From: Euprymna scolopes
Taxonomy: Eukaryota
NCBI GenBank assembly: GCA_053919585.1
Contig: CM132796.1
Direction: 5' to 3' (one strand)
Length of the DNA stretch: 64,000 nt
How positions within the stretch are numbered: the first letter of the stretch is position 1; each line of letters starts with the position of its first letter. Under the pieces are notes generated by a model. That model was not told the origin of the DNA. It ran no database searches and saw only the letters and a list, made by a program, of their open reading frames with translations. Both the position numbers and the translations under genes were made by a program. This document shows positions 52,257 through 64,000 of the stretch, piece by piece.

Positions 52257-53516
52257 CACATAATACGTTTTGTTCCTTTTTATTTCTTTATTTTGTCGGA
52301 ANNNNNNNNNNNNNNNNNNNNNNNNNNNNNNNNNNNNNNNNNNNNNNNNNNNNNNNNNNNNNNNNNNNNNNNNNNNNNNNNNNNNNNNNNNNNNNNNNNN
52401 NNNNNNNNNNNNNNNNNNNNNNNNNNNNNNNGGTATGATTTCATGAATTTAGGAGATTCTATTTATAAACGCTTCCGATAGAAACTGACGAATCAAATAA
52501 AGCATCGTTCTGCTAACAACCAATCAGAAACCAGAATTGCTTGCTAAAAAATGAACTTTTTTTTTGTAATTCAGCACATAATTTATTCTGAGTCCTTACA
52601 TGGAGGATCTTTGCTCTTTACCTGCAAAATTGTAAAGTTTAGACCCTCTAGAGAACAACTACCCATGAAATGTTCTCTATATCCAGGACTAGTATAGAAT
52701 AGTTCCTATTTGCAATGCCTCCCCACGGGACAGAGTTAGACACCAGGGTCATTTTTTTAACGTGGAGAATAGGAGCAAAAATAAAAATTGCCTCAGTTGT
52801 TAAGGATTTCATATCCACTAACAGAGAATAAGAAATTGAAGGGTAGCATCTGAAGAACAGATACTACACTTTGATTTTGACCCAAAGGCCAAGAGCCGTA
52901 TTTTTGTATAGAATAGTTACTCATCGGAAATCCTTCTGAAATTTAACATAGATTACAATTCAAGATACAAATACTAGTGTTGCATCGTTTCGGATACCAT
53001 CAGTGCAAGGATTCGCGATTATCGTAGGTAGAGAGATTCAAAGTCATCTCTTACCCCTAAGAAGGAACATACCCCATCGACAGGCGTAAACTGTGGCGAA
53101 GGGATAGTTGTAATTATAAAATTATAATTGTTTTATAAAGCGTAACTATCATTCAAGGAAGCTTAGAGTGATCAAATAATGTTGCGATTTTCACTGTCAT
53201 TTAAACGATTACATAGATCAGAAAACGCTCTTTAAGATGATAAGTAAAAGTATTATAACGAAAACTTATTCGAATATACATAATTTGGGATCAAAATGAA
53301 CTTTTTGGGTTTGTATTACTGTACACAGATTCGAAAAAGTTGTCTAAAACCAAATATATAACAAATAAATGTTATCAAAGGCAAGATAAGTTACTTTCCT
53401 ACCGAACTGCATACATTTTTGTGCTTTTATTCAATGTAACAAATTTATTCAGCTCGAAAAACATGCCGTGTTTACCGATGTATTGAAAAATCAAAATGGC
53501 GCCCGACTTTCTTTAA

Positions 53517-53681
53517 CACGGTAAGTTTGGGAAAAGGTGTTATAAATAATAAACTAGACAAAATATTCTCAAAAAACACCGAATATATGTCAACTTATGT
53601 CATGGTAAGATATATTGAAGGAATTTCTAACAGTATTTTGACTAGTTTATTATTTATAACACCTTTCCCAAACTTACCGTG
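53517..53681. mobile_element. 165-bp MITE-like foldback element
   Basis: ~50-bp TIRs CACGGTAAGTTTGGGAAA(A)GGTGTTATAAATAATAAACTAG. The right flank is TA and the left flank is imperfect. Confidence 0.75.
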
Positions 53682-55003
53682 TAAANNNNNNNNNNNNNNN
53701 NNNNNNNNNNNNNNNNNNNNNNNNNNNNNNNNNNNNNNNNNNNNNNNNNNNNNNNNNNNNNNNNNNNNNNNNNNNNNNNNNNNNNNNNNNNNNNNNNNNN
53801 NNNNNNNNNNNNNNNNNNNNNNNNNNNNNNNNNNNNNNNNNTGACATGAAAAGACCGAGGTCACTAGATATCCAAACTGTTTCATAATCCAACGATGCAC
53901 AAGCATTCTCCACGCAGTTTCGTTCTCGCATACGTTGTATAAACTGAGTTACAATTAAGAAATATGAATTCAAGCAGTGATTTATTTAACTGTTTGGTTT
54001 AATTGCAGTAAGAAAAGAACATTGTAAGAACATTGTAAATATAACATTATTGAATCCGTCTGAACTTGTGTCAATTCAAGCAACTTCCGTTTTATTTCAT
54101 AAGAACGATTTTACAAGAAACAAAACAAGAGTGTTGCTTGATATCCTGGGACAGAAACTACCAACAGAAAATCCAGTAATTCGATCGGTGGTAATCACTA
54201 ATGGCCACTCTAGTACAATAGTCATATTTCAAATTAAGCCTGGCCATGTGTCAGCCCAGCCACAGAAAATAAATTTACGTCCTCAGAAATATGTAACAAG
54301 GAAAGAGTTTGTTCAAACATTTTCCGAGGAAGAACGTAGACTCACAATTATAAAGGACGGCGAGAAGAAAATTGACTAAAGTTACTGGCAGATGTTCTTC
54401 TTTTATTTTTTTCCCCTGATTCTCTTTCTTTCTCTTCGCTATATTCTTCCAAATGCTTAGATTGTTAATGTGATATGAGAGAAATTTTATGTGGGTAAAT
54501 CTAATAAAATATTCTTAGTCAATTTCATTTTCATACATAGAATATAATATTCCAAAACTTCTTTCAATAATCCAATCATAAGTTCATCGAATAACAAATG
54601 TAAAAATATATTTTAAAATTTTTATTGTTGAATCGAATAAGAAAATTTTATTAAAATGTATTTAATTGCGTTTAGGTGTAGAATTAAAGTCTTGCAATTA
54701 TTATTGTTGCACAAGATGATGCAAAAACATCAAGAGTTAAATGATTGTGCCAGACGCCCATAGAATAGAAATATTTCAAAAAAGCTTAGCGTAGTCCGAT
54801 ATAGTCAACGAATTACATTAATCACAGCACGTGAATACGGATGTTTCAATCCGAATACTTATGATGCAATAATATCGTGAAGTAAACATTAGAAGAAAGC
54901 GTTCATAAAATGGAAATAGTTTTAAGCAGGTAAAAATATACAGCAAATGAATAATACACATGCTGAATTTTTTTATGGGTCCCTCTACTACATATACACA
55001 TTG

Positions 55004-55044
<41 letters not shown>

Positions 55045-55049
<5 letters not shown>

Positions 55050-55204
55050 AGTTATAAAATGTATATGGCGATTAAGCTACACTGAATATTCCGCGTTTAA
55101 TCCACTCTAGGATTCTTCAGATATAAGCCTGAAGACTCCTAGAGTGGATGAAACGCGGAATATTCAGTGTAGCTTAATCGCCATATATATTTTATAACTT
55201 ACTA
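55045..55204. repeat. 76-bp-arm near-perfect inverted repeat (inverted Penelope-type terminal repeat)
   Basis: 55045-55120 versus 55129-55204, with an 8-bp spacer and few mismatches. Confidence 0.93.
55124..55176 (+). ncRNA. Type I hammerhead ribozyme with long palindromic stem III
   Basis: TAAGC-CTGAAGA-CTCC(TAGAGT)GGAT-GAAA-CGCGGAATATTCAGTG-TA-GCTTA, cleavage triplet GUA. The first stem II pair is mismatched here but is A-T in the opposite arm. Confidence 0.78.
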
Positions 55205-55770
55205 ACTAGCTCTACCTACGTATTGACCACTTTTGAAGTAAATACTTAAAGTTTAAGCATGAATCTATACTTTCGTATATTAATTTTATGTGAGTAAATT
55301 TAGTAGTTATATATATATATATGTGATGACTGTAGGTTCGATCGGCGGCAAGAAAAAAATGTTAATCTAGCCCTACTGATCAGTTGATATACAACTAATG
55401 ATGGCTGTATGTGTGTAATTATGTGAAGCCCAACTCTTAAGGTTGAGTACTATCGTAAATATCCTTAACCCGTTCTTTATTTAGCGGTTTAGTGCTCTCT
55501 ATCTGTTTGTTCGTAAAGAAAGTAGTAGCTCGATCACTGTTAAGCGATAGGCAAATGCTTTTTTAATAGACATTTGATGAATCATTTACGAGCACCGACC
55601 TGTCATTCTGTGGTTAGCTGTCGACTATCAATGCGATAGTTGTAGTTTTGTTTTTGTTTTTTGTTAAAGTAGTAGTAGTAGTAGTAGTAGGTTCGATCAA
55701 CGTCTAGGGAAATTGCTAGTCTAGCCGCACGGATGCATTTTGATACAACGAAACAAGGCTGTATGTGGAT

Positions 55771-55819
<49 letters not shown>

Positions 55820-55984
55820 AATACTTTCTCTGCAGAATGCAAGCATTTATTAAGTCGCCTGAAGAAGTATTGTGTTTTTTACCGGCCATTTGTCTGTAAA
55901 ATTGGCATGTAAATTTGGTTATATTTATAAAATACAAATAGTTATATATATATTTGTGTCTCGGTAATACTAGTAGTAACGGTT

Positions 55985-56018
<34 letters not shown>

Positions 56019-56440
56019 CCTAGATATTCATAGTATAAAAATCAAGATAATTTCCGCCGTGTTTAGATAATAGTGCTCAATCGGAAATACAGCTACTTCT
56101 ATAAATATTTATTCGCACATGCATGTACAAGAGTAGCTGCACTGGCATGCTGTTTGTTTTATATTAATAAATAAAATCACCTTGTGCGAAAAGTTACAGT
56201 GTATTGTGTTTGTTCTTTTTGTGAAAGAATTGTGAAAATGGGTCACATGATCCGTAGACATTTTTAGAGAAAGGAAAAACAAAACACTATGAAACGCTGG
56301 TGGTTTTTTTTATCATTTGTTAATTGTAATTTGGAATGGTATACCTCTTCATTATTATTTATTTATTTATTTTTCTTTCGTCTAATTTGCTTCAAAAGTA
56401 AATACATTATACACTTTATATCATAGTTAATGAATTAATT

Positions 56441-56443
<3 letters not shown>

Positions 56444-56506
<63 letters not shown>
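56444..56506. repeat. (TAA)n microsatellite
   Basis: Pure TAA run. Confidence 0.97.
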
Positions 56507-56507
<1 letters not shown>

Positions 56508-56539
56508 TATAAAATGAATAAAAGTGCTATAAATAGCAT

Positions 56540-56832
56540 TGATTATAATAGATCATTAGTTAGAAAAACTTTTTCCAACAAAGAAAAAATATGGGAAGCA
56601 GTACAAAGAGAATGGAATAACATCTCCTCTTCACAGTGCTCCAAGTTGGTTGATCTTTTAAAAATTATTTTATTCCATTCCATACTAAGTTTTTATTAAA
56701 GTAAATATCTTGCTCTTGATATTTTTTACTCATTTTCGTTTATTATTTAATTGCATTTTGTGTAATGCAGCTTTTTGTGCAATAAATTGTAAATTTCTTT
56801 CCTGGCCCATATTTTTTTTGTTCATGAGTGTA
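56540..56832 (+). mobile_element. Tc1-like transposon 3' fragment
   Basis: KEKIWEAVQREWNNISSSQCSKLVD resembles the Tc1 C-terminus; the segment ends ...TTTGTTCATGAGTG|TA. Confidence 0.6.
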
Positions 56833-59800
56833 TGCATGTATATGTGTATATTTTACTATATCAGGTATTTACACAAATAATACAATACGTAATGCTGAGT
56901 GTGTACAATTTCAGTATTTACGTTAACATTGATCAATACATTATCTGGGCTTTTTGACTGAAGCAACGTATACCTACGGTAGGTGAGTAAAACAAGTGCT
57001 TCTACAGTTTTTAGGTGGGAATTACTCACGTTTAAATTGTAATGAATCTGATTATTTCCCCTGGGAATAATATATTGGCGTTTTTGCGGAGCTCACTTGC
57101 CATAGATATTTTCCTATTTTGTATGAACATATACACATATATATGTGTGTCCGTACACCATATATCTATGAATGTATACTAATATATGTATATACACATA
57201 TATGTGAAAATATAACANNNNNNNNNNNNNNNNNNNNNNNNNNNNNNNNNNNNNNNNNNNNNNNNNNNNNNNNNNNNNNNNNNNNNNNNNNNNNNNNNNN
57301 NNNNNNNNNNNNNNNNNNNNNNNNNNNNNNNNNNNNNNNNNNNNNNNNNNNNNNNNNNNNNNNNNATGAATAGAAAATTGTGAATAAGTATATTTATAAC
57401 TAGCGACAAAACTGTTTCATGCTTTGCGTATATGAAGTGACGGTTGGTGTTGACGACGGATTCGGACTTTGCCATGAAGTCAGCTTTGANNNNNNNNNNN
57501 NNNNNNNNNNNNNNNNNNNNNNNNNNNNNNNNNNNNNNNNNNNNNNNNNNNNNNNNNNNNNNNNNNNNNNNNNNNNNNNNNNNNNNNNNNNNNNNNNNNN
57601 NNNNNNNNNNNNNNNNNNNNNNNNNNNNNNNNNNNNNNNNNNNNNNNNNNNNNNNNNNNNGTTGCCGGTATTATACTTAACATTACATTTTTAAAAAATA
57701 AAGTAAAAAAAGATATGTGCATGCGAGTATTTTTTTCTAAACGGTTTACTTCTCGTAATTAATGAAAATTCTCGAGTGAATCGAATCTCAAACTTAAAGA
57801 GAATAATATAAGTACTGTACCCATTAGACTAGCTCTCCAAGATCTTTCAAAAGTGTTTTCACACCTTGTGAAACACTTTACAAGCAGAAAAACATGCGAT
57901 GACCCTCAAGTATAATTTTTTCAAGTTTGATCTTTTTACACCCCTTTCGCTAGGAATAAAACGATAAAAAAGTGCGCATATGTCTGAATACCCTATATAC
58001 TAAATTTATATCCATAGGTCAAATATTCCTTGAGTAGATAGGTTTAGAATGGTCCTCACACACATTCCCACTTTTATAGATACATGGATAAATATATTCC
58101 GCTCTTGACGTGGTTTGATGATACATCATTCACGTATATTTTCGTGTTCTATTATTCATTTATCGTAAAGTTTTGGTCGGTTATTTTATGCATGAATACA
58201 TTAAAGGTCATGGTGTATCTGAATCTTTGGTAGTCATTCTTTGCCCTTTTGCTTACATGCTAAATGTCCATATGACATGCAGTCCATGAGAACCTCGGTA
58301 TACGAGTTTTGATATGTAAAATATATATAAAATAAAATGTCGTCAAGACTGCGTAGTTGTGGACATCTATTAGCGAAAAGACTGATATATACAGCATATT
58401 TGGAAAAATACGATACTTTTTACATAATTAACATTTGTGTAACAGTATGTTTTCTTCCGGATTGTCGAAGTAACATTCGCAACCTGTTGGCTTATCTCAC
58501 TAACAATGAATTTGCAGTTTGATTCCTATTACGTTTTTAGAATAAATTAAATGAAATTCGTCGACAATGTAAAAATTACACAGCTATTTTCATTTGTACC
58601 TTCAACTCTTTCTTTAATGCACATGAACTGATGATCGCTACTAACGAAACTTTAATCTTTTCGAGCATTAAATAAAATAAAATAAGTACCAGTTATTATA
58701 CGAAGCAAGAACTGTCCACAATCAGGGATTAACATCGAATGCTAATTGCTAAATTATATCAAGTTTTTGATAAAAGCAAGAACAGCTACCTACTATACTT
58801 ATCAACTCATGATTTTTTTTATTTTCAAGCCTTATCATTTTCATATCTTGAATGAGTCTGGACATACGCAGGTTAAATTTTATTATATAAAAGTACAGAG
58901 CGAATAATGGTCCCTTTTCTTTAATAGCTTATGGGTGCTAGGCAATTTAGATCTAATTTTTTTTAATTTATTCTTAAATACATTTCTGATCTCTAATTGT
59001 CTGAGCCTTTATCATCATATATACACTAATCCAGTTTAAACTAGGAATCATACCAAATGCTAGAAAAACAAGGAAAACCTAACCTTTTTAATGGTAATGT
59101 CTGTGCATAAAATTATGACGGATAAGATACTGCTAAACAGACTCAACTAATATATTCACTTTAACATTGCATTAAGTTGTCTACCACTCCTCTCTCTGAG
59201 TAACTAAATGATGTAATAGATATGACTATAGCTGGTTTCTTTTGCACATGCCTAAGGGCAGTGATATTAGTGTGTCAAATACCACCACTGATAGAAGGAT
59301 TTGGTTTGTTTCTTTTGTTTTACTGCATATCAACCCTTTTCAGGTTATTTATGCCGAATCCAAAAATATTGAAGAACCCATAGTTGGGACCCTAACAGGT
59401 GCTACCACTCACGAACCTGGGAGCAATGGCAAGTAACGAGTGACTCAACACTCCACAAATCCCGCGGGCTTGGGTCCCACCACAGGATATAGTTTAAGAT
59501 CATATCCAAGGCCTCTGAAAGAAGGATTAAGCAAATACATTTTTTTTTTAAATTTAAACGATTATTTTATGTTTATCAACAGAAAATATTGAAACTAATA
59601 TAACTGAAAAGGATGCTTAGAACAGGGCGATGTAATCAATATAAGGTCATATGTTCAGCTGATTATGCCATGAAAAAAGGTGGGTTCTGTGATTCGCGGA
59701 CGACGGGGAAATATACCTCGATAACCTCGCGCTAAGTACATACCAGTTACAACCATGAGTGTTCGTTCAAAAATGGTGACTTACTAAATTATTAGTCGAA

Positions 59801-60109
59801 TACAATAGCCAAGACAACTAAGATGCTTCAAACTTGCATATGCATTAATCAAAACATGCCAGTCAAATATTATGTTGTTATGTCATTTTTATTAAATTAA
59901 TGTAGATGTTTTATATTATATCTCATAAATGTTTAACTACGTGTGTCATCGTTTTAATTGCCTTGCACTTTAAAATTTTTAAATTAACCATGAAAACAGA
60001 AATGACGCAGTAAATTAAAGGTGATTATAAGTTTATGTTTGTCACGAGCAAATAGAATACACTAATTGAATGCAAATACGACAAATATTAATAGCAGAAT
60101 TATAACACA

Positions 60110-60985
60110 CTAGCAGTTCAGCCCAGCTTTGCTCGGGTCCTATTCATAACTTGCCCTACGTGTGAATACACTTCATGTAAGATTTCAGACGTTGACCCAA
60201 ATTTGTCTGAATAATTTCGTAGAGACCGCAGAGGTCAATTTTTTTTTTAATTTGACCAAAATTTTAACCCCTTAACATTTCTTATTTTGGTCGCAAATCA
60301 CAATACACAGTTTTACCCATGTCCAAGTTACCCACACATAGAATCTCAAGTACTTAGACTCAAAATTGAGGGAGGAATTTGGTAGATTCTGCAAAGGTAA
60401 ACTCTTTCGACTTAAACCTTTTTGGCAGCCAAATGTTCGTCCCCAAACCGATTATAATAATACTCGTTTTGTATAAATTTCAAACGTTTAGACCTAAACT
60501 TGGCGGAGTATTTTACTAGACACCGTAAAGGTCAAATCTTTATGACTTTGACCTCTTTGCAGTTCTAATTTTCAACCCAAACCTATTAAAAAGTTTGCCC
60601 TATCTCTGAATACCCTTTATGTAAAATTTTAAACGTTTGGACCAGACAAATTTTCTTTAAATTTGACCCCTATTTTCACCCCTTCACATTTGTGTTTTGG
60701 GGGCTCACATCGCATAAAAAGTTTTATCCATTTCTAAGTAACCTACATTTAAAATTTTAAGTGTTTAGGCCCAAAAATAACGGAGGAGTTTCACAGAGTT
60801 TTAAAAGGACAAATCGTCGAGCTTTGACACCTTGACAGCCAAAGTTATTGCCGGAAACTGATTTAAAAGATATTTCCAAATCTCAATACTCCTTATGTCA
60901 AATTTCGAGTCTCTAGACAAAAAATAGACACAGTTATTTGTTAGGGAAACATAGAGAGAAATGTTAACATTTATAGATATATAGA
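60110..60985 (-). mobile_element. Non-autonomous Helitron, second family, with internal subrepeats
   Basis: Plus strand A|CTAG followed by the hairpin gcccagctttgctcggg; the other end is tttatagatatataga|T. Internal recurring aaattt.aaacgttt.gacc and tttgacc blocks. Confidence 0.7.
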
Positions 60986-61749
60986 TTATATGTGAAGTTC
61001 CTATGTTACAGAAGAACATAAATTAAACTTTCACAGTAAACAAAAATATGTCTCACTCGAATATATTTGGAAGGGTCATTTATTAAGCTCTTAATATCTC
61101 GTGTTTTTTCTGCTCTCGATAAGGGAGGAAGTCATTCCGCTGCTAATTACTTCCGAAGTCTCACTTATATTATTCATATTCAATCCTAAAATATTAATTA
61201 CAAGATCTCAATGACGCACACATACATCTCACTTTTTCTTTCTTTTCTGACACTATGTCCGTTTATGGACAAAAGCTGACCAACGTCAAATCGAAATACT
61301 TATTATGAATGTCTGAAATCGATTTCCTGTGTGCGTCTGTATTTTGAACCAAAGATATTAAATACAAGTTATATACTAGCAAATCTATAACTTACTATGA
61401 AACATTACAACAGTGAAAAATATTTCCCGGCCTGCAAGGACCTCGATATTTAGGTAGAAGCATGGTAATTTCTAAAAACAACTGCTTGTATAGAATTTGC
61501 ATGCATAAAACTTTAGGTTTTTTATTCAAACATTCATGAATAACTGGCATCAATAAAACACCAGTAAATTACTAATATACACGAAAATTGTTTTTGCTTA
61601 ATGAATCCTCTCCTATGGTGTGCAAGATAAACCTAAGGAGGTTTATAGATTTTATTAGATATCTATAATGATTTACAGTTAGCCGTTTACTAAGTATATT
61701 TTAACAGACCTTGACTCTGGGTAAAAATAGTTGTGATATGGATCTCCTT

Positions 61750-62850
61750 GCAAACTACGTTTTTTTTTATTTTATCTCATATATGCATTGTATTCCATCT
61801 GTCAATAAAAATCGCAATGTTGTTTTGTTTTTTTTTTGCAAATCAGAGTGATAATCTCATCTGCTAATTTGTACATTGTCAAGCATAATATTATCAATGT
61901 TTGGATAATTTTTCCCTCTCCAGTATCCTTTTTTCTGTGTAAATCAGCTACTTCCCCTTTCTGGCATATTTAAGATCCACGGCGAATTAGTCAACAAGTA
62001 AAAGGAAGAGGTTAATTAGTTGTCTCAGTTTTAGTGTAAAGATTTTCCAGGCGGTTCGTAAGCAGGTAGTTGCTAAGTAGCATGGATTGGATAGTTAAGT
62101 ATGGCTTGTAGTTGCTGGTCTCGATACACTCTTATGAGTCTTTTTGTATGAATTTTCTTCTGTCTCAGGTCTTCCATCCTGTCATGCCTACATTTCAGAT
62201 AAATATTTGCCAGTGTAAATTAGGTAATTAAGTTGTTTTGTTAATTTTTTTAAATAAGTATTCGTATATGTTTCTTTCCAGTTTCTTTTTCATGTTTCTT
62301 AGACTTGCTACGACTGTTTTCTCGCTCATTTCGTTTTCTGTCTTTCCACCAATTTGTTTTAATTTTTTCCTCATGTGTTTCAGCCATCCGGCATTACTTT
62401 TTGGACTTTTCGTATTTCCAATGACTTTCACTACTAAAGTTTTTTTCGAGTCCGGTTGTTCTGTTTTCGTTTTTCCTCCTATTTGCATTACTATTAAATT
62501 GGCATTGTTTTCAAAGGTCCTGTGTTGCTTGTTCTCTTTCGATTTGTATTAGTATCATTATCGTCATATTCCGCCGTCTTTTTGCTATCGTATGCTTTAG
62601 TTCTCCATGTTTCTTGTTAAGTCTTATCCGATTAGATTTTTCAGTCTTTTCGTGGTCTCTTTTATCTTGTATATCACCGATTTTATTGTGGATCTGATTT
62701 TCCAACCAACGTTTCCATCCAGGTTTTCTTTCTCTGGCGTCTTTTCTTCTTTAGGATAATTACTTCCCGTCTTTGAAACTGCAAATATTTTATTGTTAAA
62801 TTATGTAATCGTCTTTGTTGCAATGTATGAGAAGAGTTTTGAGTTTAGTT
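61750..62850 (-). mobile_element. R4/Dong-like LINE, decayed pre-RT/RT fragment
   Basis: Minus-strand PGWKRWLENQI and NAGWLK, followed by decayed RT-like segments. Confidence 0.55.
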
Positions 62851-64000
62851 TTATTATTATAATTATTTTGTTATTGTTGTTGCTTTTGTTGTTGTTGTTG
62901 TTATAGTAGTCCCAACTGTTGTTTAACATTAGGTTCATTCCTACGATTTTCGACACTTTCACTACCACTTTCACCGTTCCTTCAGTTATTTGAAAATTAG
63001 AAAATAAATTATCTCGTCAATCTGAGCAAGGTATTTTTTACAAAGCGGGTAATCATTTACAAATGCCGTAAAGCCACTGGAAATCAAATGTTAACGAGTG
63101 AACGGTAGTCATTAGGAAAATAGAGTATTCATTGTTATTTGCGGAAATTTAGTATAATAAGATTTTATAAGAGTACTATTAAGAAGAGCATGTTTACGTT
63201 GGATAATATTGCAGTCAGCTTGACAGCAGACGAGATGAACCTAGTTGCACAGGCGAGCCATTCATGGAAAGAAGCTTTTTTCATGGAATACACGTTTAGG
63301 TTTAGGCATAAATAGAGGGAGCGGGAAATTATTATTAGTGGTTTTGGCTGAACAGTGTTTTTTGTGAAAGATTGGCAAGGAGAACGGTAGGTTGGAACGA
63401 TATTGCAAAAATAACGACAGAGCCAAGACAAGCTCGTAATGTCTTTTTCGTAAGAAAGAGGTTGAGGAGAAGAAAAAGGGAATCACCTAATAAATTACAA
63501 AGAAGGTTTAAAATTATGTCATGGTAGGATAGTTTGCTCCGCGAAGCTCCTGCACAGATTTGGCATTCATATTGGTTTTCCTTATTGTCTCCAGCGTTCT
63601 AATTTAAATTAGAATCACCTTCACGTCTTAACATTTAAATATGTTAATTAATTCCTATTTCAGATCTGGATGTTTTTTTTTTCATGTAATTTCTTCTGCG
63701 CCATAGTATCGAGAAAGCCGGCAGTGTCAACGATGAGAAGGTTCTCTTGTTTTTGTTTGTAAATATTATGTCAGATTTATAATGTTAAAAACATCATTTG
63801 TATGCGCATGCCTTAAAGAAGTTTGACATTGCTTTCATTCTTGTATCATTTCTAGTTACTCGTTGTGGTCTAATTGATAGACTTTTCATATATTCTAGTA
63901 GAGGACCTGTGCGACTTTGTAGTGTCTCCATTTGTTATATTTTAGGGGGATGGGGACTGTGATGTGGCAATGGGAGGGTAGGGGTTAGGGTTTGAGAACT

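Noticed and set aside
54050-54379. 109-aa ORF
   Set aside because: TTG start, no recognisable motif and no splice support.
3911-57660. Eighteen N runs of ~130-240 bp as masked exons, and ORFs spanning them
   Set aside because: The flanks show no consistent AG/GT. They are best treated as assembly gaps, and the X-filled ORFs are artefacts.
58628-58660. CTGATGA...GAAAC hammerhead candidate (and a partial minus-strand one at ~52983-53006)
   Set aside because: Stems do not pair or the core is incomplete; too decayed to support.

Overview
AT-rich, repeat-dense animal genomic DNA with many (TA)n tracts and 18 short N gaps. The repeat complement looks cephalopod/octopus-like, which is an inference. 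No intact host protein-coding gene is supported. The main feature is a complete 5.47-kb AcademX-type DNA transposon (29304-34774; TAG..CTA ends, ~150-bp TIRs, AGA target-site duplication). Its single ~1490-codon frame encodes a Cys/His-rich N-terminus, a DDE transposase core, an XPG/FEN1-like nuclease and a Cys-rich tail. The frame is broken only by two in-frame TAA codons, which sit in near-identical 13-nt contexts and split it into three modules. The window also holds several type I hammerhead-ribozyme motifs in Penelope-type terminal repeats (two look essentially intact), three decayed Penelope-like elements (one with a ~98-aa spacer inside the GIY-YIG motif), and non-autonomous Helitrons carrying tRNA-derived modules, including a seamless head-to-tail trimer and one copy with a paralogous empty site. 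The remainder is two mariner copies, a maT-like element, a Tc1 fragment, RTE, CR1-like and R4/Dong LINE remnants, a tRNA-Arg pseudogene, a ~153-bp satellite and a local duplication with exon-like remnants. All calls were made by eye, and boundaries of decayed elements are approximate.
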